In this document: positions 1 through 12,040 of the stretch, one piece after another
Position numbering within the stretch: the first letter of the stretch is position 1
Layout: the number at the start of each line of letters is the position of its first letter
NCBI GenBank assembly: GCA_003971905.1
Contig: RSEE01000110.1
Location: 178,029-198,028, forward strand
From: Moniliella sp. 'wahieum'
Taxonomy: Eukaryota
Direction: 5' to 3'
DNA length: 20,000 bases
Notes under the pieces: generated by a model
What the model saw: the letters and a program-made list of their open reading frames with translations, nothing else
What the model was told of the DNA's origin: nothing
Databases searched by the model: none
Program-made: the position numbers and the translations under genes

Positions 1-127
1 GTGGTGCGACAGTGACAGACGAGTAAGGCAGGGGAAGAGATTGTGGATGCAATGTGGGGAAGGCAGCCTGGAGGCCGCAATGGAAGGGAGAGAGGAACAG
101 GGGCGAAATGGGACAATTCGCTCAAAT

Positions 128-223
128 GGTCGATTAGCTCAGTTGGTCAGAGCGTGGTACTAATATGTCCACTTACGGAGTGTTGGTGATGCCAAGTCAT
201 GAGTTCAAGCCTCATATTGACCA
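128..223 (+). tRNA. tRNA-Ile (anticodon AAT) with a 23-nt intron at 37/38
   Basis: Acceptor stem GGTCGAT/ATTGACC; D arm AGCTCAGTTGGTCAGAGC; anticodon stem TGGTA/TGCCA with CT-AAT-A (AAT at 162-164); intron 166-188; T arm ATGAG-TTCAAGC-CTCAT; followed by a T8 run. Confidence 0.93.
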
Positions 224-224
224 G

Positions 225-232
225 TTTTTTTT
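225..232 (+). terminator. RNA polymerase III terminator (T8) of tRNA-Ile
   Basis: Run of 8 T starting 2 nt after the discriminator base. Confidence 0.8.
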
Positions 233-947
233 GGCTGACACAAACCCCTCAGCCGTGTCAGGATCTTTTGCGCAGAGGGAGGTGGCCAACCGCTTTTGGC
301 ACTTGCGTCCGCCCTGGCGCTTGGAGGGAGATGTTTGGTGTTGAGGTGTTATTGCATCAGTGCGTGCCGCAGAATCGGGGCCTTTGTTGTGCTCCTGTAC
401 GTCTCTTCTGTAGTAGTCTATCTTTCTTTTGTCCGCGACTCTCCTTCTCCATCACTCACCGATTCACTCCTATATCGATGTGGCCCATTCAGCTCATCGC
501 TCGTCGAGCTCTCATCGCCTATTGAAACAAAATACGATGCTTGTACGTTGGAGAGACGCGTGATTGTTCACCAAGTAGTACTGCCTATATCCCCCTTTCT
601 ATAATGAAGAGTTCATGAGGGTACAACTCATCAAATCCAGAGTTACACCTCTGTTCGTTGTTCGGGACTGGGAGACGCGTCAAGCTTCGCTGTGGATGCC
701 CGGAGTAGTAAGCGGTGGGATCCTTGGGGGAGTAAGACGCTGTTGAGAGGGTGCTGCTGACGCAGCACAGCCATCCAAGCGTGCTTGCAAATTTGGAGCT
801 AGGAATCCATGCAAAAATGTCCGTGCGACAGAAAATCTGCAGCAGCCAAACCAGATCATCTGTCCTACGCGGCATGCAGCACCTATTTAACTCGCAGTCC
901 CCATCTCACCACCAACAATCCCAAGCCTATCTTGTGCGTCACGCGGC

Positions 948-1992
948 ATGGTTACCTACCACCAGTACGTGCTACTCATAATTTCTTGCCTGTGGACGTT
1001 CAGACTGATCTTCCTCCTGTGCCGAAAGGCCTGTTTCTGCCTTCACACTCTCCAACAACAACACCATCCCCTCTGTTGGCCTCGGCACATGGCTCAGTGC
1101 GCCCGGCCAAGTGGAGACAGCTGTTGCCCATGCCTTGACTCATGGTCAGAAGCTGATTGACGCTGCCTGGTGCTACGGCAACGAGAAGGAAGTGGGCCAA
1201 GGCATCAAGAAATCAGGCGTGCCGCGCGACCAAGTCTTTGTCACCAGCAAGTGCTACGAGATTCACCAGACGGATCCCGAGGCGGCGGTGCGCCAGACAC
1301 TGAGTGACCTGGACCTGGAGTACCTTGACCTCTATCTTGTCCACTGGCCTGTAGCCTTTGAGCCCGTTCCTACTTCCGATGGTTCCCTCCCCACAAAGGA
1401 GAAGAAGACGAGCGAGGGCAAATTCATCGTCAACAAGCAGCTCTCTGACGACCCGCTTCTCACCTGGCGCAAAATGGAGGCACTGGTAAAGAAGGGCCTA
1501 GTCAAGAACATTGGCATCTCCAACTTCAATGCGCGCAAGACGCGCTATCTTCTTGACCACGCTGAGATCGCCCCGGTGGTGAACCAGATCGAGGTCAACT
1601 TTGGGAACCCCAGCCGGATTTGGTCGACTGGTTACAGCGCCATGACAGTCGTCGAGGCCTACTCACCGCTGGGGTCAATTGGCGCCAAGTACAACTCGTC
1701 TCCAGCGATTGAGGAGGTGGCGCAGGCCCGCGGCGTACCGCCGGCCACGGTCACCCTTTCGTGGCTCCTCAGCCGTGGCCTCGTCGTCTTGCCCAAGAGC
1801 GTCACTCCCAGCCGCATCGAGTCGAACATGGCTTACATCACCCTTACCCAGAAAGAGTTTGACGCGATCGAGACTGCTGCCAACTCTCATCCGGCCGTGC
1901 GCCTGTGCGACCGGTCAGCCGACTGCAACTACGACATTTTTGAGGACAACCACCCGCAGTACAACGACCGTGTCCAGGCCAAGCTTGACTGA
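948..1992 (+). CDS. Aldo-keto reductase (NADP-dependent, GCY1/YPR1-like family); exons 948-964 and 1029-1992
   Basis: Intron 965-1028 (GTACGT...CTGAT...AAG) joins MVTYHQ to PVSAFTLSNNNTIPSVGLGTW. AKR motifs IDAAWCYGNE, VFVTSK, LDLYLVHWP, IGISNF, VNQIE, AYSPLGS, VLPKSVTPSRI. A locally shifted frame near 1610-1650 reads QPDLVDWLQRHD, implying compensating indels. Confidence 0.95.
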
Positions 1993-2156
1993 CTCCGGCG
2001 TGCCTTCCTTTCATACTACCCTTCTCTCCCTATTCAATCGGTCCCAACTACGTAGACTCGTAGGTAGCCTCAACGCAGAACTTGGAACGTTGGTCAGAGC
2101 CGAACATCGTGCGATGATCACGCCACCGCCATCATGCATTCCCTAAACATCGTCAA

Positions 2157-2534
<378 letters not shown>

Positions 2535-2757
2535 GGCGGGGGACAGAGAAGGAGGAGGTGGTGGGTGACGAGGGTGGGATGCCGCCCGAGCGTCTTTTTG
2601 TACGGCGGGCACGTCGGCAAAAGGGGTCCGGATCCCCGACAGTGCCCCGAAAGTGCCCGGGCCGCGGCGATGACGTGATGCCCGCTGGGCCGGTTGGTCG
2701 CACGGAGCAGCTCGTTGGTTCCAATTGTGTAACACGAAACCGGAGATAGAGCAAGTC

Positions 2758-2845
2758 TCCTCGATGGTCCAACGGCTATGATGTGACGCTCTCACCGCCT
2801 CTGCGGAGAACCGTCAAGACCCGGGTTCGACTCCCGGTCGGGGAA
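2758..2845 (+). tRNA. tRNA-Glu (anticodon CTC) with a 16-nt intron
   Basis: Acceptor stem TCCTCGA/TCGGGGA; anticodon stem TGACG/CGTCA with CT-CTC-A (CTC at 2791-2793); intron 2795-2810; T arm CCGGG-TTCGACT-CCCGG; T7 terminator at 2847-2853. Confidence 0.92.
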
Positions 2846-3191
2846 CTTTTTTTGATCATTTATCATCCTCAGTTTTTGTGTGCGCACCGTCTGCAGCGAA
2901 CGGCTAGCACAGTCGAGTTCGGGCTATGTGGATGGGCCAGGGTTGCACTTCTCATCGCGCATCGGTGTTGGTGAGCCCAGGCATACTAAGGATGTCGCAC
3001 CAGTCTAGAAGAGGGGGTGAGGGGATGGGGGAGCGATGAATTGCATAAAGGGAGAGGGACAGGCGAAAAGTGAAGTGGGCAAAGGAACTCCCGCATTTCC
3101 ATTCGCGCCGCAAGTCACGAACCAATCCGATGGGCAGCGAATGACCAGCGAGTGACACGCAGCCAGCAGCCGGTCCGTCCTGATCCGAGCC

Positions 3192-5618
3192 CTACTCGGT
3201 CTTGGCGTAGTTGAGGATGGATTCCGCCGGCACATCCGGCTCGGCCCAGAAGGAGGCCTCCTTCGCATTGTACTCCTTCAGAGCCTCAGCGTACTCCGCA
3301 GCCAGGTTCCCGCCCGAGAGCGGACGCGCAGTCTTTTCTGCGACTCGGCCGAGGAAGCAACCGCATTCTTCAGCGCCGTGCCCGGCTGCGTGCGGGAGGT
3401 GAGCGAGAACTGCAGCAGCGCCGTGCGCGCACGATAGGCACGCCGCGCAAGACTACCTGCGGCGCACTCCCTTGCCACACCGCCAGCTTCAGCAAGCGGG
3501 CCACCAAGGTACGCAGGAGCATTAGCGCCTGCCCGCCAGCCAGGGCAGCCAGCAGGGTCAGCACCATTGCTCGCCCGTCCAGGCCACGGTCAATGTCGTC
3601 CGCCACATGCGTAACGCCCATCAGCTTCACGTCTCCCTGCTGCGACAGAGGCTTGGACTGGTGCACACCACCCCAGGCGGCGTGCGAGCGAAGCACGGTC
3701 GCGTTCGCTCCGCCGCTCGTGCCAGGTGCAGCTTGGAAAAGCCAGACGAGCGCCACGTTGGAGACCGCGCTAAAGTACGAAATGACGCGCAGCACATTGA
3801 GCCACGGTCCAATCGTCTCCACCCGCCCGGAATGGGCCGACGCGCATTGAGGCTGATCTTGGCCGTCCGACCGAATCTCAAAGAAGTTGTTGACAAAGCC
3901 CATCACCGGCGTCAAGGTCCAGATGGTCGACCACAGAACAATGTAGCCAAATTGGCTTGCCATCTCGGCGTAATCGCCAAAAATGTCGTAGCCGGGTAGG
4001 GCAAGTTGGTCCAAGGCAAAGGTCACCATCGTGTCCGGCTTTTCCTCGGGCGTCGACGCCGTCTTGCCTTCCTTTTCCTCCAACTTCTTCTCAGCCTTTT
4101 TGCCCACATAACGCAGAATCATGGGAAGCACGAGCTCGGTAAACGCGTTGATAATCTGTGACGTCACACTCGATGCAAACAGCTGGGTGTGCATCCGTCC
4201 AGGGTCGATTTGAAAGGCAACCCGGCCAAATGTCATAGTGCAATTTACCCTCGGCCACGGCCGCGTCAATGTGGGAGCTGAAGAACCGCGGGATGAGCGC
4301 ATTGAGTAGCTGTTGCCCAAAGGGAATGTACACATAGGCCGACAAGAGCAAAGCGCCATAGGAAACGATGCTTTGCAAGGCGAACACCTTTGATTGTCAA
4401 CGACGAGTGGTACGCCTGTTCTGTCGCGGGATTCTCAGCCTTGGACAAATAAGTCGCGGTTGCCTGCCAGATGGCCATGACAACCGGAACAAGCGTGGTG
4501 AAGACGACCGTGGGCGCTTGAGACAACACGGCCGCGCCCGCCCGTGTAGAGCTTGGTAACAAAAATCTCCAGGACAAAGTTGCCGGTTAAGATGCCGGCG
4601 AGCACGAGAGCGAATAGGGCCATGGTCACAATCGAACCAATCGACCGAAGCTCGCGGCGCCACCACTCATACACGTGCACAACTTGTCCCGTAACCTCGT
4701 CTTTGAACGTAATGCGCGGCTTGAAGCCCTCCAGGGCGGGTCCGCTTTGGTCACGCCGGCACAGCCCCAACGCACCGCATACGCTTTCTCCCGCAGCGCC
4801 CACAGCTCCACGATGCAGGACCAAATCACAAGCGCGAGCGAGTAGAGGTACGAGTAAGCTCCACCTGCAACCCAATAGGACAAGCCGAGAAGGGCCAGAG
4901 GGGCCTGGGACTTGAAGTAAAAGACCAAGAAACCAAAGTACAAGGCGACCTGAGGCAATGAATGCTGTCTGTTAGCAATTCCTTCGTGAGAGGAGAGGGG
5001 TACACGCACTTCTTCACCATACTGGTTGCGCACAGCGTCCAAGTCTTTCACTCCCAATGAGAGGGTTTGCTAGGAGGGGCCCAACGCGGACCCATGCCCC
5101 GTCAAAGGCGCGGTCATGAAGGGCAGTCAGATCAGTGACGTGCGGGAAGGGACCAGTGCCGTCGGTGCGGATGCCGGCGCCGGCGATCTTGCCAGGCTCG
5201 TCCTCGCCGTCCGAGGGAGGGTTCGTGGCGAGGAGGTAGGCGTAGCGCAATGCATCGGCGGGGGTGAAGGCGGGCGCAATGGCAAACGGGTTGGCGGCCT
5301 GCAGCTGTTCCGCCGCGTTGTCCGAGTTGGACTGCGCGTCGTGGAGGTAGTCGTTGATGCGGTCGGCAGCGGCGACAGAGGCAAGCGCAGCAGGGGAGGC
5401 CTTGAGGAAGAGCAGGATCGTCGCGGGCTGCGAGGGGCCGGCGGGGCGGGAGGCAACGTGGAACCCGACGGCGCGGAGCGCGGCGAGGAGGGCGTCGTAC
5501 TCGGCGGCGCGGTCCTGGAGGAGGCGGGGGGGGCGGACTTGGCGAGGGCCTGGGACTTGAGGAGGGGGGTGAAGACGAGGACCAGTCGGCGGGGTGCCGG
5601 GCGCCGGGTGTCGGACAT
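3192..5618 (-). CDS. Anoctamin/TMEM16 family (Ist2-like) Ca2+-activated channel/lipid scramblase; intron 4950-5009; several apparent indels
   Basis: Stitched minus-strand frames give LDAVRNQYGEE|VALYFGFL, ELWALREKAYAVRWG, YEWWRRELR, AENPATEQAYHSSLTIK, SQIINAFTELVLP, YDIFGDYAEMASQFGYIVLWS, NNFFEIRSD..KI..ARRPIP, ETIGPW, which are anoctamin hallmarks. ATG at 5618. The C-terminus ...ESILNYAKTE* ending at 3192 is inferred across frameshifts. Confidence 0.9.
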
Positions 5619-6013
5619 GGCGGGGGGGGGGTGGTGGGGGGGAGGGCAGGCGGTGGTGTGCTGGGGTGCTGTGTGTGTGCTGGGTGCTGTGTGTGTCTGT
5701 GCGCAGTGCGTGCCTGGGCCGCTGTGGGTGGCTCTGCTGTGCCCCGTGCACGCGTGGCGGGGGACGCGGCACGGCGCGTGTGTGTGCACCGCAATTGTCT
5801 CAGTGCGTCCCGAACGCTCCTCACGTAATGCAGGCCGCACCCGCAGGTGTGGGGGGCGTCTGCCGCAGCGCCCGGCTCGCTCCCTCGCTCGGTTGCGATT
5901 GCTGATTGCTGGCTGGCTGGCAAGAGACGGCGCACTGAGCGTAGAGCGTACTGGCACCGATCGATCCTGCTGGTGCCCGGACGATGCCCGTTGAGCCGCC
6001 GCCACACGGACGC

Positions 6014-8018
6014 TCACCGCACCCAGCGGAAGAAGCGGCAGCTGGTCGGTGTCTGCGCCAGGGCTTGTTGCGCCTGCGCAGGCGCCGGCATCGGCGATGG
6101 CGATGGCGATGGCGATGGTGATGGCGCCCCCCCGCCTCCGCCTCTGCCCCTGGCCCCAGCGCCAGCGGCCGTGCCAGCTCCAGAACGCCCGGCCCTTGTT
6201 CCGTCCCGCCTTGGCCACCCGCCCCTGCGCCGCGCCGGCTCGCCGTGGTAGCACAGCGGCGCAGGCCGCGGCCGGCTCGACAGCAGCTGCGCCCACGCTG
6301 CCTGCGCCTGCGCCTGCGCCTGCCCCTCAGCACCCGCCTCCGTCTCACTCGCCCGCACCGGCGCACCAGCAGGAGGCGGCCCAGACTCCCGACCAGCTGG
6401 CCTATGCGGTTCACCTGACCACCATGCTGCGCGTGCAAGAGGAAGCGGTTCATGGACAGCTGACGGCTCCGTGGTGCACGTACTTTGGTGCTCTTGGGCG
6501 TCACCCGGCGACGCTTGAGCTGGCTGGCATGTGAGGCGGGGGCAGCATCGGAGGGAGCCACCGCATGCCCGCGCCGAGGCCTGACCCCGTGAAAAACATC
6601 GTGTCGAGGGTGCCTTGGTTGCGAAGGCAGGCCAGTGCGCAGGCAGCACGCAGGTCTGGCACGAGCCACGGATCCTTCTCTTCCTCGCCCCTCTCAGGCT
6701 GGGAGACCAAGGCCGGCGATGGAGCCAGGTCAAACGCAAAGCAGGCAGCTATGGGTGCATGGTCCGATCCCTTGACATCCACCACCTCGGCCACAGCCCC
6801 CGACGGACCTGGAATGCCATATTGAGCCAAGGCAGGGTGGGCCAGAATGTAGTCGATGCGGCAGCCGTAGTTGGTCTTGCGAAGATCAAACTTGATGGAC
6901 CAGCAGGTAAATTTGGCTGTTCCACTACGGCTCCCTCGGCCAAGTCAACAACCCCCGTGCTGGTCCTGTGTGAGCGAGTGGAACCACACCCGACTCAGCA
7001 GCGCGCCAAGCCAAGTAGAAACGTGGCAAGAGCGAAGCTTCCGGCGTGGAAGCAGCAACTGGCGCCCGACCGGGCCGTTGGGAAGGAACGTGAGGCGAAG
7101 CACCTCGGCCGCCTCCAGCGCAGCAATTGCAATCGCACACCAGCACATTCGTGGTCATTGCTTGAGGTGCAATACATGCCGGCAAGGGGTCTCATCCACC
7201 GGGGTAGGATCTGTGCGTGAGGGGGAACGTAGGGCGTGAAGAGCGGCTTGCTCCACTTCTTCTGGCCACTCGTCGTCCCAAGCTTGATCGTTGGAGGAGG
7301 CAATCACATTGAGATCGCCGCGACGAGAGGAGGCGCTGGGCTGGCAGCGGCCGCGACGAGGGCGCGGTGGAGGCCGTGTAGAAGGCGAGCTTGAAGGGGA
7401 CGCGGTCCGGGCGCGTCTCATTGGGGCATAAATTGAAGAGGGTGAACAGAGTGGGAGAGCCGGGGGCGCGGAGGATGGCGTATCAATGGCGTGGACAGTG
7501 ACGACAGCGCGACCCTCGGCATTGACGTCGGCCGTGGTGGTTACGGGAGAGGGTGGGAGCTGGAGCAGCGCAGCCGACAGGGGCAGACGGGCTGCGGAGA
7601 CCATCGGGGCAATGCCAGCACAGCCGCACCACACCGTGGCGCCGGCGGGGGGTGGCGGTAGGCGGCGGGCGGACGGGGAGCGGGCGGGGGCGTGGGGCGG
7701 GTGCGGGGTGAGGCCCTCTGCGGCGCGGAGGGGCGGGAGGCGGGGTAGGTGGCGACGCCGCGTATCCGCGGGTGGGGTGGCAGACAAGACAGGCGGTCCA
7801 GGCGCGGCGGCGGCGGGGAGGCAGGCGATGCGCTGGGCGAGGCGGTGGGGGTCGGGCGGTGGGTGAGCTGGGCGGCGGTGAGCTGTCTCCTGGAGCGCCA
7901 GCAGCGCGGCGGGCGGCGTGGCGGGTGTGGGTGCGGCGGCGGCATCGACAGCGTCGGGCGCGTCCTGGAGGGCAGCAAAGGAGCGGAGGCCGTTGACGTT
8001 CCAGCTGACCAGCCGCAT
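6014..8018 (-). CDS. APN2: AP endonuclease 2 (ExoIII/EEP domain, PIP-like box, C-terminal zf-GRF); multiple apparent indels
   Basis: MRLVSWNVNGLRS, LALQET, GVATY, AAEGLT, NAEGRAVV, GDLNV, FTCWSIKFDLRKTNYGCRIDYILA (6841-6915), GSDHAPI, PIP-like QLSMNRFL (~6440-6462), and zf-GRF PLCYHGEP...KAGRNKGRAFW...CRFFRW* at 6014. Confidence 0.92.
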
Positions 8019-8166
8019 TGGGCGACCGCCGGGTGGTTGGCGGACGGCAACCCCCGAGCCTGCGTGGGGTAATTGGCATGCCACGCTTCCAGCGTGGAGG
8101 CAGCACGTGCTCTTAGCTCATCGCTCCTCGCGCCCCCCCCCCTTGACCGGCGGTTGAAACTTGAAC
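8019..8166. promoter_or_regulatory. Short divergent (probably bidirectional) promoter between APN2 and ABD1
   Basis: Only about 150 bp separate the APN2 ATG (8018, minus) from the first ABD1 ATG (8167, plus). Inferred from geometry; no specific motif identified. Confidence 0.55.
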
Positions 8167-10291
8167 ATGGCTGCACGCCACCACTGCCTTCTCGCCTCGG
8201 CTGGGCTCTGCACTGGGATGGAACGGCGGCTGTCAGGCAGCAGCACCGCCTCCGCCTCGTCGGCGCCGCGCCGCGCCTCGCTCCTCAACCTCCTCGACGG
8301 CGGCGAGCCTGGCCCACGCCCACTGCTGCAGCACCCGCACGCACACGCACACCCACACCCGCACGCCCTCCCCGCCGCCTCCACCTCCACCCCCGCCTCG
8401 CCCGCCCTCGCCTCCGCCCCGCCCCCGGCCTCCGCCCCCTCCGCCCCCCGCCGCTCCCTCGCCTCGCTCCTCAACCCATCCCCCGATGCCGCCGCCGCCG
8501 CCCCGCCCCGACCCAAGCGCCCATCTGCTCCCTACAGCCCCTCGCTCTCCTCCATGCCCGCCCCCGCCTCGGGCCCTGCCTCTGCCTTCTCTCACCCCGC
8601 CGACCGCTCGACCCACTCCCTCTTCTCCTCCCCCAGCATTGCCGATGCGGCCCACCCGCCGCCCCGCAACCACCCCGACGCGGCCGCCACCGACACTGAC
8701 ACCGACACCGACTCTGGTACCGATCCCGACCGTGGCGCCAACCAAGCCGCCGAGCTTGAGCCCGAGTCGGATGATGACTTGGCGAAGGAATTGGACCAGG
8801 AGCTGGACCAGGCTGCCAACACCACCGTCTCGGAGCATTCAGTCGCCCATTCGGCCCAGCCCCCTTTGACCGACCCTCCATCATCGCCACACGTGGAGTA
8901 CGTGCCCAACAATGAACAACAACAACATCGCAAACGCCTCCGGGCAACCCCGGAACGCGCTTCCCCTTCCTCTGTCACTGGCTCTCCTGAGCTTAAACGA
9001 ATTCGCTCTACCGAGCCTCCTGCTCGTGCTGAAGCACAACCTGTGGTGCTACCGGCGCCCAAGCGTTCCCAACGTCCTTACCGTCCCACCAAGCGCGTGT
9101 CAGAGGCAAGCCCGGAACTCTTTGTTGGTCTGTCGGCAGTTGCTGTGGCAGCGATGAAGCGCGATGCCCAGGCGCGCAATGTTTTGCGCCAGCGTGCCGC
9201 CGGCGTCACCTCGGATCAGCCCTCTCGCTCTGGTCCCGTGATCACATCCAACCCAACTGCTGTAGCTGGGCACTACAATGCTCGTCGCGATCAAGGCGAG
9301 CAAAGACGCCAGGCCTCCCCCATCTTACCGTTGCGCAACCTCAATAACTGGATCAAGTCTGTCGTCATTCAACGCTTTGGCTCCCAAGCTTTGGCGGAGG
9401 CGGCCAAGGCTGGTATACGCGGCACTGTTCTCGAACTTGGCGCCGGGAAAGGTGGTGACTTGCACAAGTGGGCTCGTGTGCGCCCTGGGCCGGACGAGGT
9501 GGTGCTGTGTGACATTGCCGCTTCGTCGATCGCCGACGCGGAGCGAAGATACGCCAACTCGGAGTTGGCTCCCAAACCAGGACCGTCGGGGTATTGAGCT
9601 GCGCAAAGGGCAGTTCCGTGCCCAGTTCCATGCGTTTGACTGTTTTGGTGAGCCCATTGAAAACAACCTCCCCCTGCCGCCCCCAGGGCAGGGATTTTCA
9701 GTGACCAGCCTTCAGTTTTGCCTTCATTACGGCTGGAGTTCGGAGGCTGCTGCTCGGCAGATGATGCACAACGCCGCTCGCCTTCTCCGTCCGGGTGGCG
9801 TGATGATTGCGACCCTCCCCGATCCCGATGTGATCCGCCAACGTATCGGCTCGGGCCAAGGCCAACAGGTCGGCCATTCCTTTGGCAACTCGCGCTATAG
9901 CGTCACTTTCCCCCCGCCCCCTTTGCAGGCGCTGACTTTGGGGAGGCATACGTCTTCTACCTGGAAGATGCAGTGACGAATGTGGTGGAGTATGTCGTTC
10001 CCTGGGAAGCGATGATGCGCGTGGCAGAAGAGGTGGGACTGCAACCGAAATGGCGCCGGCCATTTTCGGACTTGGTCAACGAGTACCGTTCCGACCCCGA
10101 GTTTGCCACCCAGTTCAACCGCCTTGTTCGCCCCGGCCATGGCCCTGAGCCCATCCGACACGACTTGTGGGCCGCGGTCAGTACGTACTACTTCCTCTCC
10201 CTGCCCTTGCTTCGTTGCTGATACCCCCCCCCCCCCCCCCCCGTCTTCCAATCTAGCTCTGTACCAGGCTGTCGCGTTTGTGAAGGCATGA
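8167..10291 (+). CDS. ABD1: mRNA cap guanine-N7 methyltransferase with a long disordered N-terminus; terminal intron 10181-10256; indels near 9590 and 9920
   Basis: VAGHYNAR, RQASPILPLRNLNNWIKSVVI, VLELGAGKGGDLHKW, DIAASSI..A..RY, SLQFCLHY, LRPGGVMIATLPD, FGNSRYSVTF, YVFYLEDAVTNVVEYVVPW. Last exon after GTACGT...GCTGAT...TAG reads TLYQAVAFVKA*. The start could be 8167 or 8218. Confidence 0.93.
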
Positions 10292-10791
10292 AGAGCAAAA
10301 ATGCGTGCATGCTATGCTAACCACGGGGCGTGTGTACACCGGAAAAATTCCCGAGGACCTATCCACAACTCCTCTTGGGCCGACGGGTGCCCGCGTGAAA
10401 CTCTGCGTTTCTTGCGGCCTATATGGACTGAAGCGGAGCAACTGGCGTGCCGGGGACGGGACGCGCTGCCTCCGTTTTGTGCTTCTACATTCCAGTACCC
10501 TTGTGGTGGCCAATGCCATGACACTCAATTGCTACAGCGGGTACCCCCGGGCCAAAACCCCGAGCAATGGGAGAAAGTTCTTCTCCAGTGGAATGCCCGC
10601 TTCCCGTCGTATGCTGATCGACCGTGGGAGCCTGATGCCGGTTCTTGGGGTCTTGGCTGCGGTCGTTACAAATGTGTAGGGTGTGTATCATCACGGGATA
10701 ATCCATCCTCATTCCATCTTGCTACCTCAGCTGACGCACTCGATGCGAAAAAGCAGCGTAGTGTGAGACCAACGCGCAGCAAACTCCTCAT

Positions 10792-11015
10792 TGTGGTGGG
10801 GTCCTGCTAGCGACATCATAAAGCACAGACCAATTAGCCTGTGATAATCAAGGTAATGCGGCACGCGAGAGGTAAGGGGAAGGAGAGTGGTGGCGAAGAG
10901 GGTAGTACAAAAGCGGAACAGGAGATTGACCTGGGCGCGGCGACTCTAGTAGCGTCATAGTAGTTTTCACATCCACTAACCAAGACGGACGCCGCTAGCT
11001 GACGTGTTGGCAACA
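10792..11015 (-). repeat. 3' LTR (begins TGTTGCCA on the minus strand at 11015)
   Basis: Collinear blocks shared with 13159-13413: taatcaaggtaa/taatcaagtaa; aaggggaaggagagtggtggcgaagagg/aagggggaaggagaggtggtggcgacgagg; tagttttcacatccacta/tagctttcacatcgacta; ctgacgtgttggcaaca/ctgacgtggcaacc. Confidence 0.72.
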
Positions 11016-11018
11016 GGA

Positions 11019-11033
11019 CTCCCAATTCCTCCC
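11019..11033 (-). promoter_or_regulatory. Polypurine tract (plus-strand primer site)
   Basis: Minus strand reads GGGAGGAATTGGGAG-TCC-TGTTGCCA, a purine-rich tract 3 nt before the TG start of the 3' LTR. Confidence 0.65.
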
Positions 11034-11039
11034 GAAAAC

Positions 11040-12019
11040 TAGTCTAGAAATAGACCTAGTGGGGCCCTCCGGCAGCGGAAGCAGCAAACGGTGGGCTGCC
11101 TCGTCGACCACATTGCCGGCCACATTGAGAAGACGGTAAATGACGGTAGCTTTTGTGCCGTCTTCGATCTTCAAACCCTTGGTCCACCGGTAGAGAGGGA
11201 ACCGAGCAGATCGTCTGTGCGCCTCATATGAATGCATTGCACCTATGAGACTGTGGGGAACTGGACGCGTTAGACGGACACATCAAAGTGGGCGTGACAT
11301 CAACTTTTCTGACGCTCCGGGCGTTCAGGGATCTTCTTGCAAGACCTGGGGCGGGGCTAAAGGGTCGTGCTCGACGTCTGGGCCCGGCGCGCGGTGGCGA
11401 AGCGGAATTGGCAATCTCACATTGACGGGCTGCCGCACATGGCGGCCAAAGAAGGCAGTGGCGGGGCCATGCCAAGCGCGGGCGAGAAGGTCCAGTTGTG
11501 TGCAAGCGCCACGTCGTCCAGGACGGCAGTCCAACTGTCGGAGTGCAGCACACGCTCGTAAAGTGGATCGCGCAGGGTGCGCTGGATTTGTTGGACTACG
11601 GCTACCACTGGGCTGTTGTCTTGGGGGGTGTAGTTGTGGCTGGAGTGTGACTCCTCGCACCCTTGCATCTTCAGATAGCGTGACATGACTTCGTCAAGAA
11701 TGCTGGGGTCGTTTCTGGTCGTGAGGATTTTGGGGGGGGCGTATGGACGGAACCAGCGGTTGTGCATGAGCACAGATGCTCCTTTGCCCGTGTGCGGAGC
11801 GCCGGCGCAGCAGATAACGAACTTTGACGCTTCATCCACCATAATTAGGAAATGCTTCTCCTCAGTATCATCCACCGAACCGACATGATCCCATTCCGCA
11901 TACATGTGCATCCCAATTCCTGCGGGTAGTTGCATGCCATGAGTGTCTTTGGGATGGAAGGACGATTCAGGGGACGGCGAAGGATCGCGGAGGTGGCCTC
12001 CGGCGCGCAGCTGGGCCAT
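11040..12019 (-). pseudogene. Integrase-like sequence (rve core open at 11417-12019, disrupted GPY/F-SH3-like C-terminus)
   Basis: HGMQLP..YAEWDHVG, FLIMVDEASKF, YAPPKILTTRNDPSI, HSSHNYTPQDNSPVVAVVQQIQRTLR and SWTAVLDDVALAHNWTFSPALGMAP align by eye with the gypsy integrase core. Downstream LYRWTKG..I...VIYRLLNVAGNVVDEAAHRLLLP resembles the integrase C-terminal module. Confidence 0.75.
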
Positions 12020-12040
12020 GAGAGCGGTGACCAACCGCTC

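Noticed and set aside
199..981. Short ORFs between tRNA-Ile and the AKR gene
   Set aside because: One overlaps the tRNA, none has family motifs, and the composition looks intergenic.
5014..8947. Many long overlapping Pro/Arg/Ala/Gly-rich ORFs on both strands
   Set aside because: Expected by-products of very high GC and of frameshifted real genes; they carry no independent motifs.
10301..10810. 169-aa plus-strand ORF directly after ABD1
   Set aside because: Starts 10 nt after the ABD1 stop with no promoter space, has no recognisable motif, and runs into the LTR; probably 3' UTR/intergenic.
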